This document shows positions 1-7,748 of a stretch of DNA of 64,000 nucleotides, in pieces. Both the position numbers and the translations under genes were made by a program. This DNA comes from a virus (taxonomy: Duplodnaviria; Caudoviricetes): the IMG/VR virus record IMGVR_UViG_3300020577_006613, positions 36,329-100,328 of that record; one strand, 5' to 3'. The notes beneath the pieces were generated by a model. That model saw only the letters and a program-made list of their open reading frames with translations. It had not been told where the DNA came from and did no database searches. Every line of letters begins with the position of its first letter. Position 1 is the stretch's first letter.

Positions 1-468
1 GGCGACGGTAGCCCTACCTATCACTTTGCTTCTGTAGTTGATGACATTCAGTTTGGTATCAACTTTGTCATTCGAGGCAAGGACCATACAACGAATACTG
101 CTCGCCAAGTGGCTCTGTATAGTTGTTTGAAGTTTGTTTTGCATGACTACAACTACAGTTTGCCTCGTTATGCTCATATTGGTCTTATCCGCAAGGATGG
201 AGCAAAGCTTTCAAAAAGAGACGGCGCAGCAAGTATGCTCTCCTACAGAGAGAAGGGCTACGATTCTGACGCTATGCTTAACTTCATGGCTAGGCTTGGC
301 TGGGGACCAACTGTTGATGATAAAACAACAACATTGCTTCCAAGAGAGAAGATGTTGCAGCTTTTCCTGTCTGGCGGAAAGATGAAGAATTCTGATGCCA
401 ATATGGACATGGCTAAGCTTGACTCTTTTGACAAGAAGTACAAAGGAAGAAAAAGAGTTCAAACATGA
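1..468 (+). CDS. Glutamyl-tRNA synthetase-like catalytic domain (5' partial, lacks anticodon-binding domain; GluRS/GluQ family)
   Basis: Frame open from base 1: DGSPTYHFASVVDD..FVIRGKDH..NT, KLSKR (KMSKS), LNFMARLGW. Stop TGA overlaps next ATG. Confidence 0.85.
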   Translation, partial: GDGSPTYHFASVVDDIQFGINFVIRGKDHTTNTARQVALYSCLKFVLHDYNYSLPRYAHIGLIRKDGAKLSKRDGAASMLSYREKGYDSDAMLNFMARLGWGPTVDDKTTTLLPREKMLQLFLSGGKMKNSDANMDMAKLDSFDKKYKGRKRVQT

Positions 469-713
469 AAAAGCAAGAACTTCTTAGATTGCTAGGAGAG
501 TTGGCAGACGAAGCAAAAGGCTTTGGTGTATATGAACAATACAGCGAAGCTGGTGATTCTTTGTTAGCCTCTTCTGACCGAGTTTATGAGCTAGCAGAAG
601 AAATTGTTATGCTTGTAACAGGCGAGAAACCAACAAAGAAAGACCTTGAGAAAGTATTGGCCGTCAGCGTTGGCGAAAAAGGATTGTACGATAGTGATTC
701 CGAAGAAGAATAG
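465..713 (+). CDS. hypothetical protein
   Basis: ATGA-coupled to upstream gene. Confidence 0.7.
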   Translation: MKKQELLRLLGELADEAKGFGVYEQYSEAGDSLLASSDRVYELAEEIVMLVTGEKPTKKDLEKVLAVSVGEKGLYDSDSEEE

Positions 714-739
714 AACAATCTAGCCGATATGGTAGAACT

Positions 740-813
740 GCTCCTGTGGTATAACTGGATGTGCCTTCGCCTTCTAAGCGAAAGTTATGAGAGTTCGAGT
801 CTCTCCGGGAGTG
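740..813 (+). tRNA. tRNA-Arg(UCU)
   Basis: Acceptor GCTCCTG/CGGGAGT; anticodon arm TTCGC-CTTCTAA-GCGAA; T arm GAGAG-TTCGAGT-CTCTC; no encoded CCA. Confidence 0.9.
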
Positions 814-818
814 CTTAA

Positions 819-995
819 GTGGATATTGCTTACCCTATAACCTTGGTTGCTATTATCCTTGTCTTCATGCGAAGAGATAGGTATGATGGTATTTGCAGAA
901 AACACGGATGTAGTCTGAAGATTGAACCTGGATCTGAATACAGTTACCAGTATTGCGAAATATGTGAAGAAGAGACTCGTAAAGAACGCCTATAG
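819..995 (+). CDS. small membrane-anchored Cys-containing protein (58 aa, below track cutoff)
   Basis: GTG..TAG: N-terminal hydrophobic stretch, CRKHGC and CEIC. Confidence 0.5.
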   Translation: MDIAYPITLVAIILVFMRRDRYDGICRKHGCSLKIEPGSEYSYQYCEICEEETRKERL

Positions 996-1028
996 TTTGG
1001 GCGTTCTTTTCATTTGGAGAAAGAGTAA

Positions 1029-1241
1029 ATGAAAAGGCCCGATCTTTCAAGCAGAGCAATTCAGGACAATGTTGGCGAGAACTATTTGAAGGTCAAAAAG
1101 AAGATGGAAGAAGCTGGTCTTTCAGTTTCTTGCGCAGAAGAAAAAGGAAATACCACTACAACCAACTCCAGGGGTAGTGATGTAGAGATTCGCTATGATA
1201 GGTACAATGGCGAGATCATAAGGATTTGGAGATCAGGATAA
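1029..1241 (+). CDS. hypothetical protein
   Basis: GGAGA upstream; fills gap. Confidence 0.6.
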   Translation: MKRPDLSSRAIQDNVGENYLKVKKKMEEAGLSVSCAEEKGNTTTTNSRGSDVEIRYDRYNGEIIRIWRSG

Positions 1242-1246
1242 CTGGT

Positions 1247-1459
1247 ATGGCAAGTTTCATGGTTTACGAAAAGATCACGAAGAAACAACTCAAGCAAGTC
1301 ACAAAAGACACAATAAAGGGCATCAAAAAGTGGTTTACCGACAACCCTAAGCGTAAGATATGTAACGCTCAGTGGGTCTATGGCGAAATGTTCAAGGTTC
1401 GCCGTAACTATATTGAGGAAGATGTCAACGAAATGTCAGGTAAAACAGATACAAAGTGA
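1247..1459 (+). CDS. hypothetical basic protein
   Basis: ATG at 1247 after AGGA. Confidence 0.6.
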   Translation: MASFMVYEKITKKQLKQVTKDTIKGIKKWFTDNPKRKICNAQWVYGEMFKVRRNYIEEDVNEMSGKTDTK

Positions 1460-1463
1460 TTAG

Positions 1464-2819
1464 ATGGACACTAACCGAGTATACAACAACGCCAATCTTG
1501 AAAAGAAGCGCCGGAAGAAACTTCAAGAAGAAGCGGCTGCGAGTAGCCTCACAAAGTCTCGTCAACAGTTCCAGCCCAAGCACAACAGGATTGACATTGC
1601 ATACGATGAATCAGTAAATCCGCCCGAAGAAACCAAGAAGTCTTGGAGGCACACAAAAGATAAGCTTGTTGAACTCTTTGATTCAGTTTCAGGTAACGAT
1701 AAAGCCTATCTTCTTCGGCTGCTGAAGGTTGTTGAAAAAGAAACCGACTTCTTCGAAGACGAACGCTACTGTCTCAAGTTCATTGAGGGTTGTCGTGAAC
1801 TCGCCCGATGGGGCGATTATTGGATTCGTCAACCCGAAGATTGGGTAAACAAGACGCACAACGTTGAAAGACAGTTCCTTGGCCTTGTCAATCACCTGCT
1901 TGCTAAGTACAAAGTGCCTGCCTTCATGCACAAGTGCTTTTACGCGAACAATCAAGTAAACCGCAAGCACCAAGAGTGGTTCATGCATCTCGGAAGCGGT
2001 CAGAACATCAGGAATGCCAACGGTCTTCCTTTTCCACTTACGAAGATGATGGCGCATCACTTCACTCAAACTCCTGAAAACTTCTCTGTTCAGGAAGCCT
2101 TTACTTTTGCTCGCATTCGCTCTATTGGAGGTTCCAAGGGGCTTATTGAAGCATGGCTTGGTAGCCGCATGGCTAATACTCACTCGAACTCCGAGTTCTG
2201 GGATTCGGTACTTCGCTTCTTCATTGACAACCCTATGCTCGACCTTAATCAGGTTGGCCCTATTATTGACTACCTCTACAATCAAAAGTTCGTTGATAAC
2301 ATGGAACTCACTCAGGATGGTCAAAGAATTAATCACGGCCCTCCGCAGCCCTTCTTATCCATGAAGGGTCGTAATCCTGAAGTTCTTCTTGATCAGGTTG
2401 AGAAGTGGCACACTCAAACAGCAAAGCTCAAGAAGAGAGGAGCTTTCGTTCAATGGAAGCCTTGCGGTATCGACGGAGCGCGTTTTGAGGAAGGCGCTGG
2501 CCCTGGCAAGAAGGCTTTCATCATTACTGAACTTCTTAATTCCAGCGAACTCAAGGAAGAAGGCAGAGAAATGAGTCACTGCGTTGGCTCCTACTCTGAT
2601 TCTTGCTCTTCTGGTCGCTGCGCTGTATTCTCTTTGCGTCAGGTTGAAGGCGACGGCATTGGCCGCAAGGCAACCATCTCTATCAACTTCACCCCGAGTA
2701 AAGTCTTGAATGAAGCTCGCGGCAAGAGAAATGATGTTCTTTCGCAGAACATTTCTCGTCTTGTTCGTTCTTGGGCAAATGCAAGGTCTATTACAATCTC
2801 ATCTTGGGCGAGAATCTAA
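1464..2819 (+). CDS. PcfJ-like domain protein
   Basis: C-terminal LKEEGREMSHCVGSY...EARGKRN motif. Confidence 0.75.
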   Translation: MDTNRVYNNANLEKKRRKKLQEEAAASSLTKSRQQFQPKHNRIDIAYDESVNPPEETKKSWRHTKDKLVELFDSVSGNDKAYLLRLLKVVEKETDFFEDERYCLKFIEGCRELARWGDYWIRQPEDWVNKTHNVERQFLGLVNHLLAKYKVPAFMHKCFYANNQVNRKHQEWFMHLGSGQNIRNANGLPFPLTKMMAHHFTQTPENFSVQEAFTFARIRSIGGSKGLIEAWLGSRMANTHSNSEFWDSVLRFFIDNPMLDLNQVGPIIDYLYNQKFVDNMELTQDGQRINHGPPQPFLSMKGRNPEVLLDQVEKWHTQTAKLKKRGAFVQWKPCGIDGARFEEGAGPGKKAFIITELLNSSELKEEGREMSHCVGSYSDSCSSGRCAVFSLRQVEGDGIGRKATISINFTPSKVLNEARGKRNDVLSQNISRLVRSWANARSITISSWARI

Positions 2820-3419
2820 ATGCACTGGCGAGAATGGCATCCTGAATTATCATCTCAAAAGACCCTAAAAGAGGTTCTGTCTGAGATGCCAAGAGTTGCT
2901 CCTGACAAGATTCCCTGGCAAGTAAGGTTGCTTGAGAATCCTGAAAGTTCGGTAGCTTTTCCTGGCGCAATATCTCTTTTCAGGCACGACTGCATTCATG
3001 CCATTCTTTGTGCTTCTTTTCATCCATTAGATGAAGCCTTTGTTATTGGCTTCACTATGGGCAGCGATAAGCGTATGACAAAGAGGCTTGCAAGATTTTT
3101 CATGTGGCTCACAACTTGGTTTTATCCCAAGAAGTATAGATTCAAAAAGCAAGACCTTTTTCAGTTTGCTAAAGGGTTAGCTTTTGCAAGAAGAAGTCAG
3201 GTTACGAATCTTGCTGATTTTCGGTTTGAGGATTATCAGGATTGTACCCTTCTTCAACTCAGACAAACTCTTGGTATAAATTGGCTTGACAATGACCAAG
3301 AATACCGTCAATGGTCTAAAAGATGGGGACTCTACCAGTTCTGCATAAACGATGAATGCAGGTTTGACTGTTGGCTTCGAGCAAAAGCCGAGTCTCAAGA
3401 AAGCACAAATGGCGGCTAG
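2820..3419 (+). CDS. Coq4-like HDxxH metal-binding protein
   Basis: HDCIH-x11-E (RHDCIHAILCASFHPLDEAFVIGF). Confidence 0.5.
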   Translation: MHWREWHPELSSQKTLKEVLSEMPRVAPDKIPWQVRLLENPESSVAFPGAISLFRHDCIHAILCASFHPLDEAFVIGFTMGSDKRMTKRLARFFMWLTTWFYPKKYRFKKQDLFQFAKGLAFARRSQVTNLADFRFEDYQDCTLLQLRQTLGINWLDNDQEYRQWSKRWGLYQFCINDECRFDCWLRAKAESQESTNGG

Positions 3420-3448
3420 ACTTTCAACTCAAAGCCTAGAATACCGTC

Positions 3449-3949
3449 ATGCTAGACCTTCTCCTCAAAGCTGAAGCCGAACTTCCGCAACTCCTATTGG
3501 AGGGTGGATGGCGCAATGTTCATGTCATTTACGACAAGCCTCATGTCGAAAGATTGTGGCGTCAATGGGGAGAAAACCGCATAAGCCTACATGTGATTCA
3601 TCCATGCGATGAATCAGAATCTTTCTTTCATCCTCATCCTTGGCCTTCTGCTATGAGGGTCTTGAGCGGTGAGTATGCCATGAAAGTTGGTTTTGGAGAG
3701 GGACTGGTAACGCCTCCAACGGCATCAACTCTTGTTCTTTCTCCTGGCAGCGTTTATGAAATGACTCACAAAGACGCATGGCATTCTGTGATACCGAAAA
3801 CAGTATGTTGGACCGTCATGGTTTCTGGTAAGCCTTGGGAAAGAGAAATGCCTCAAGAACCCAAGGAAAAGCAGCCTTCGCTGGATATTGACAGGATCTA
3901 TGAGGTTTTGTCTTTCTTCCAGCAAAAGTACCCGTTAGTAGGGGGATAA
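3449..3949 (+). CDS. cupin-fold protein
   Basis: HPHPWPS..VLSGEY and later WHSV metal ligands. Confidence 0.65.
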   Translation: MLDLLLKAEAELPQLLLEGGWRNVHVIYDKPHVERLWRQWGENRISLHVIHPCDESESFFHPHPWPSAMRVLSGEYAMKVGFGEGLVTPPTASTLVLSPGSVYEMTHKDAWHSVIPKTVCWTVMVSGKPWEREMPQEPKEKQPSLDIDRIYEVLSFFQQKYPLVGG

Positions 3950-3950
3950 A

Positions 3951-4145
3951 ATGGAATCTTGCTGCGATATGATGAAAGAACAACTTGAGAGTAAGTGTGA
4001 AAAACACCCTCGCAAAGTCGATTGTCCCGATGTAGTTGTTATTGAAACCTCAAAGGGGTTGGCCCTTCCCATAAGGGATGGTGGAGATAGCTTTCTCGTC
4101 ATAAACTTCTGTCCTTGGTGCGCAAAACCTGTCTCCAAGAACTAA
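3951..4145 (+). CDS. small Cys-rich protein (DUF6980-like)
   Basis: CC..M...C.KH...DCPD...LPIRDGG.S...INFCPWC. Confidence 0.7.
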   Translation: MESCCDMMKEQLESKCEKHPRKVDCPDVVVIETSKGLALPIRDGGDSFLVINFCPWCAKPVSKN

Positions 4146-4149
4146 TATT

Positions 4150-4172
4150 GTCCTCGTAGCTCAATGGATAGA
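4150..4172 (+). pseudogene. 5' fragment of disrupted tRNA-Arg
   Basis: GTCCTCG-TAGCTCAATGGATAGA (acceptor strand plus most of D arm); pairs with CGAGGAC at 4696-4702. Confidence 0.85.
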
Positions 4173-4664
4173 AATTTGCCCGCTTAGCTCAGTTGGATAG
4201 AGCAGATGATTTCTAATCATCAGGTCAGGGGTTCGAATCCCTTAGCGGGCGCTTTGGATAGAAAAAGGATTTCTAAGCGTTTCTTTGTATTCATCTCTAT
4301 GGAGGTGGATTATGAAGAAATGCACAAGGTGCCAGTTAGAAAAGAAAGATTCAGAGTTCTACGAAAAAAGACCAGACAGAAAACAATCGCTTTGTAAGCC
4401 TTGTTTCAATGACTATTGTGTTGAAAGATGGATTCAACGAAAAAAAGACGCTGTTGCATATAAGGGTGGAAAATGCAAAATTTGCGGCTACAACAAGAAC
4501 TACGCGGCTCTTGAATTTCATCATCGAGATTCATCTACGAAAGATTTCGAATGGGTAAAACTTAGGCTCTACAAATGGGATAGAGTTCTTGAAGAACTGG
4601 ATAAATGCGATTTGCTTTGCAGTAACTGCCATGTTGAATTTCATCATCCACAACAGTCTATAAG
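4173..4664 (+). mobile_element. HNH homing cassette carrying a replacement tRNA-Arg, inserted in a tRNA-Arg gene
   Basis: Flanked by complementary halves of a different tRNA; contains intact tRNA plus HNH gene. Confidence 0.75.
4178..4251 (+). tRNA. tRNA-Arg(UCU)
   Basis: GCCCGCT/AGCGGGC acceptor, GATGA-TTTCTAA-TCATC anticodon arm, GGTTCGAATCC. Confidence 0.95.
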
Positions 4665-4668
4665 CTAA
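4312..4668 (+). CDS. HNH homing endonuclease with N-terminal Zn finger
   Basis: CTRC/CKPC finger, GGKCKICGY..ALEFHHRD..KCDLLCSNCH; GGAGGT RBS. Confidence 0.9.
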   Translation: MKKCTRCQLEKKDSEFYEKRPDRKQSLCKPCFNDYCVERWIQRKKDAVAYKGGKCKICGYNKNYAALEFHHRDSSTKDFEWVKLRLYKWDRVLEELDKCDLLCSNCHVEFHHPQQSIS

Positions 4669-4703
4669 GCGGCAGGTTACTGGTTCGAGTCCAGTCGAGG
4701 ACG
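4665..4703 (+). pseudogene. 3' fragment of disrupted tRNA-Arg
   Basis: CTAA-GCGGC-AGGTT-ACTGG-TTCGAGT-CCAGT-CGAGGAC-G. Confidence 0.85.
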
Positions 4704-4722
4704 TTTGTAAAAGGAACAAAGA

Positions 4723-4899
4723 ATGAAGTACATTTGCCTGATTTGTGGTGTTCTGTTGATCGCTCTTGCTCTTCTTTCTTGGATTTTCTACGGTCTAAAG
4801 AGTGGAGATCAAGGCGCAGGCTACGTTTTCGTGGGCATTGCTGGCGCTGTTATTGCTGGTTGGGGTGTTTCTATTTACGAAAAAGAAATGAAGAGATAA
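4723..4899 (+). CDS. small 2-TM membrane protein (58 aa)
   Basis: AAGGA RBS; MKYICLICGVLLIALALLSWIFY... Confidence 0.65.
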   Translation: MKYICLICGVLLIALALLSWIFYGLKSGDQGAGYVFVGIAGAVIAGWGVSIYEKEMKR

Positions 4900-4901
4900 T
4901 C

Positions 4902-5192
4902 ATGGACACACAAGACTTTGCTCGTTTTATGCTTCGCCCTATTGAGTGGGCCAAAACTCAGTACGCAGAGGCTTTTTGCCTCTTCGGTTTGATGGTTTTT
5001 ATCGGCGTACTGTGGGGAACAATGTTCCTGGCTTTCGGTCTGCCGATTGTCTTTTGGATTCTTGCTGGTATAGGCTTTGTTGGACTGATTTTGTTCCTCG
5101 TAACTCTTGTTCTCTTCGCTATGGAAGAGAAGCGAAAGGAACGAGAAGTTCTTGAACGCAGAAAGAAGAACGATGCATCTAAGCGAACTTGA
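4902..5192 (+). CDS. membrane protein
   Basis: ATG 4902 (MDTQDF); long hydrophobic core. Confidence 0.65.
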   Translation: MDTQDFARFMLRPIEWAKTQYAEAFCLFGLMVFIGVLWGTMFLAFGLPIVFWILAGIGFVGLILFLVTLVLFAMEEKRKEREVLERRKKNDASKRT

Positions 5193-6636
5193 ACAGGTAA
5201 GAAAGGCGCGTCTCGATAAGATTCGAGAGCTTAATGTTGATCCGTATGGATGCGCCATTCAGGGTGTTGAAAAGATCGCAAGCCTTGTGGACAATTTTAG
5301 AGTTGGCGAGCCTCTTGCTCCCAATCCTGAAAGCCTTTTCTATTCAACTCCTCGCAGAGCGCAGGGTCGCATTGTTCTCCGCAGAGACAATGGTGGCCTA
5401 ATCTGGTTCAAGATCAGAGATGACTCTGGCGAGATTCAGGTTGCTTTTAGCAAGAAGTCTGCAAGCGAACCAGAAAACTTTGCTCTTGCAAAGCTTACCG
5501 ATCTTGGCGATATCATCGCCGTTGACGGCCCTATTCGCCGTACTCAAACCGGCGAAATCACTATTTGGGCAAGCAGGATTTATCTTGCATGCAAGAGCCT
5601 TACGCATCCTCCCGATAAGGTAGAAGGATTGCAAGATGTAGAGATTAGGTATCGCCAACGATACCTTGATATGGCCTTTAACAGCGACTTTACTCGCCGT
5701 TTGCAGGACAGATCAAGAATCATTTCTCTCTTGCGCAAGGCCTTTGAGAGCCGCAGATACATTGAAGTTGAAACTCCCATGCTGCACCCCATTGCTGGTG
5801 GTGCAGCGGCGCGGCCATTTGCAACGCATCTCAATGCTCTTGATATCCCATTGTTTATGAGAATCGCTCCTGAACTCTATCTCAAGAGATTGATTGTCGG
5901 CGGCATGTCAAGGGTTTTCGAGATCAACCGTAACTTCAGAAATGAAGGCGTTGACGCAACGCATAATCCTGAGTTTACTGCGCTCGAAGCCTACGGAATC
6001 AACGAGACTGCTCAAAGCCTTATGATGATGGTTGAGGAAATCATTAAGGAAGTTGTTTTCTCCATTGACAATACTCCTCATGACCACCAGGGTATTTTCA
6101 AGTTCGGAGAGCATCTGGTTGATTTCAACCAGCCTTTTAGAGTTGTTTCTTTCAAGGAACTCTTCCAAAGAGGCGTTAGCAGAGACATTCTCCAAGAAAC
6201 TGACTTTATCAAGGCTAATAAGCTTTTCGAAGAGTTTTGTGAGCCTTTGATTGATCCGAATGTTCCAACATTCGTTTATGGCTATCCATCAGCCATTTCG
6301 CCTTTGACAAAGACGATTGCAGGAGCGGAAGTTCTTTCTCAGCGAGCAGACCTTTTCATTGGCGGCATGGAAATCGGAACCATCTATACGGAACAGAACG
6401 ATCCGCAGGTTCAGTTTGATGTCTTCAATCAACAGCTTTCTGATGACGAAGAATCAACTCATCGCACAATGGATACCGACTTTGTTGAAGCGTTGAAGGT
6501 TGGTATGCCTCCAACTGGCGGGTTGGGTATCGGGGTTGACCGACTTGTTATGCTTTTGACTGGACAGACCAGCGTAAGAGATGTCATTGCCTTCCCGTTC
6601 ATGCGACCGCTTGAAGTTCCGCAAAATCAAGGCTAA
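5173..6636 (+). CDS. lysS: lysyl-tRNA synthetase, class II
   Basis: OB anticodon domain, YRQRYLD, GGAAARPF, RIAPELYLKRL, FRNEG, HNPEFT, GMPPTGGLGIGVDRL. Confidence 0.97.
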   Translation: MHLSELEQVRKARLDKIRELNVDPYGCAIQGVEKIASLVDNFRVGEPLAPNPESLFYSTPRRAQGRIVLRRDNGGLIWFKIRDDSGEIQVAFSKKSASEPENFALAKLTDLGDIIAVDGPIRRTQTGEITIWASRIYLACKSLTHPPDKVEGLQDVEIRYRQRYLDMAFNSDFTRRLQDRSRIISLLRKAFESRRYIEVETPMLHPIAGGAAARPFATHLNALDIPLFMRIAPELYLKRLIVGGMSRVFEINRNFRNEGVDATHNPEFTALEAYGINETAQSLMMMVEEIIKEVVFSIDNTPHDHQGIFKFGEHLVDFNQPFRVVSFKELFQRGVSRDILQETDFIKANKLFEEFCEPLIDPNVPTFVYGYPSAISPLTKTIAGAEVLSQRADLFIGGMEIGTIYTEQNDPQVQFDVFNQQLSDDEESTHRTMDTDFVEALKVGMPPTGGLGIGVDRLVMLLTGQTSVRDVIAFPFMRPLEVPQNQG

Positions 6637-6686
6637 ACTCGCTGTCCTTAGACAAGGCTAGACTTTCCGAAAGAAAGAAGAGAGTA

Positions 6687-7697
6687 ATGAGCAGCACTAT
6701 TGTTTCAACTCGCAGAATTGATCAGGTTTCTTCGCACCCTAATGCTGAGAAGCTTGAACTTGCCATCGTTGGTGGGTGGCAGTGCTGCGTACAAAAGGGT
6801 AAGTACAAGTCTGGTGACTTGATTACCTACATCCCGCCCGATTCGGTTCTTCCTGTTGCCTTGTCTGACTCTCTCGGAGTCACTAAGTTTCTAAGCAACG
6901 GTCGTATCATCCCTATCCGTCTGCGCAATGAAGCGTCTTTCGGGTTGGTTATCGATCCCGTTGGCAACGAAGGCGACAACGTTGCTGATCAGCTTGGTAT
7001 TACCAAGTATCAACCTCCTGTTGACCCGAACGACAAGGAAGCAGAGGCAAGCAACCCCTTCTTTACTACTTATACCGACATTGAGAATCTTCGCAACTTC
7101 ACTGATGTCTTTCAGGATGGAGAAGAAGTTGTAGTTACCGAGAAGATTCATGGCAAGAACTCTCGTCTTGGGTACATTCTCAATGATGATGGAGTCTGGC
7201 AGCGACTTGCTGGTGGTCGTACTGTTCAGAGAAAGAACACTCCGGGATCTGCGCATTGGTATCCCTGGTCTTTGCCTCAGATGAACCTTCTTGCTGGGGC
7301 TATTCTTGCCGATCCAAAGGTTGCTCGCCAGATTGTTATGTTTGGCGAAATCTTTGGCAATCAGAAGAAAATGAAGTACGGTCTTCCTGGCGTACTTGGT
7401 TATCGCATGTTTGATCTGTTTACTGATGGTTCCTACTGGAACTACGATAACATGCATGACCTTGCGACTCAGTGCGGAGTTGAAACCGTTCCCGTTCTTT
7501 ACCGTGGTCCATACTCTTTGGCTAAGATCGTTGAGCTTAGCAAAGGCAAGTCAACTATTCCTGGCGCTGATCATATTCGTGAAGGCGTGGTTGTTCGTCC
7601 AGTTGTTGAACGATTGAATCCCAAGGTTGGTCGGGTTATTTTGAAGTACGTTTCCGACGACTATCTTTGCGGCGACTTCGACGCTTCTGGCGAGTAA
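6687..7697 (+). CDS. ATP-dependent RNA ligase with N-terminal tRNA-binding OB fold (DRB0094-type)
   Basis: HPNAEKLE N-domain; motif I TEKIHG; FGEIFG; FD; REGVVV; ILKYVS. Confidence 0.9.
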   Translation: MSSTIVSTRRIDQVSSHPNAEKLELAIVGGWQCCVQKGKYKSGDLITYIPPDSVLPVALSDSLGVTKFLSNGRIIPIRLRNEASFGLVIDPVGNEGDNVADQLGITKYQPPVDPNDKEAEASNPFFTTYTDIENLRNFTDVFQDGEEVVVTEKIHGKNSRLGYILNDDGVWQRLAGGRTVQRKNTPGSAHWYPWSLPQMNLLAGAILADPKVARQIVMFGEIFGNQKKMKYGLPGVLGYRMFDLFTDGSYWNYDNMHDLATQCGVETVPVLYRGPYSLAKIVELSKGKSTIPGADHIREGVVVRPVVERLNPKVGRVILKYVSDDYLCGDFDASGE

Positions 7698-7748
7698 GGC
7701 CAAGGCTAGACTTTCCATCGCAAAGCAAAAGCAACGAAAGGCTCTATC

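Noticed and set aside
4206-4397. 63-aa ORF (and 16732-16947 minus)
   Set aside because: These overlap tRNA or tRNA-like genes and real CDSs.
4150-4703. Group I intron or spliced split tRNA
   Set aside because: No intron core is visible, and ~11 nt of the tRNA are absent, so joining the halves cannot rebuild a cloverleaf.
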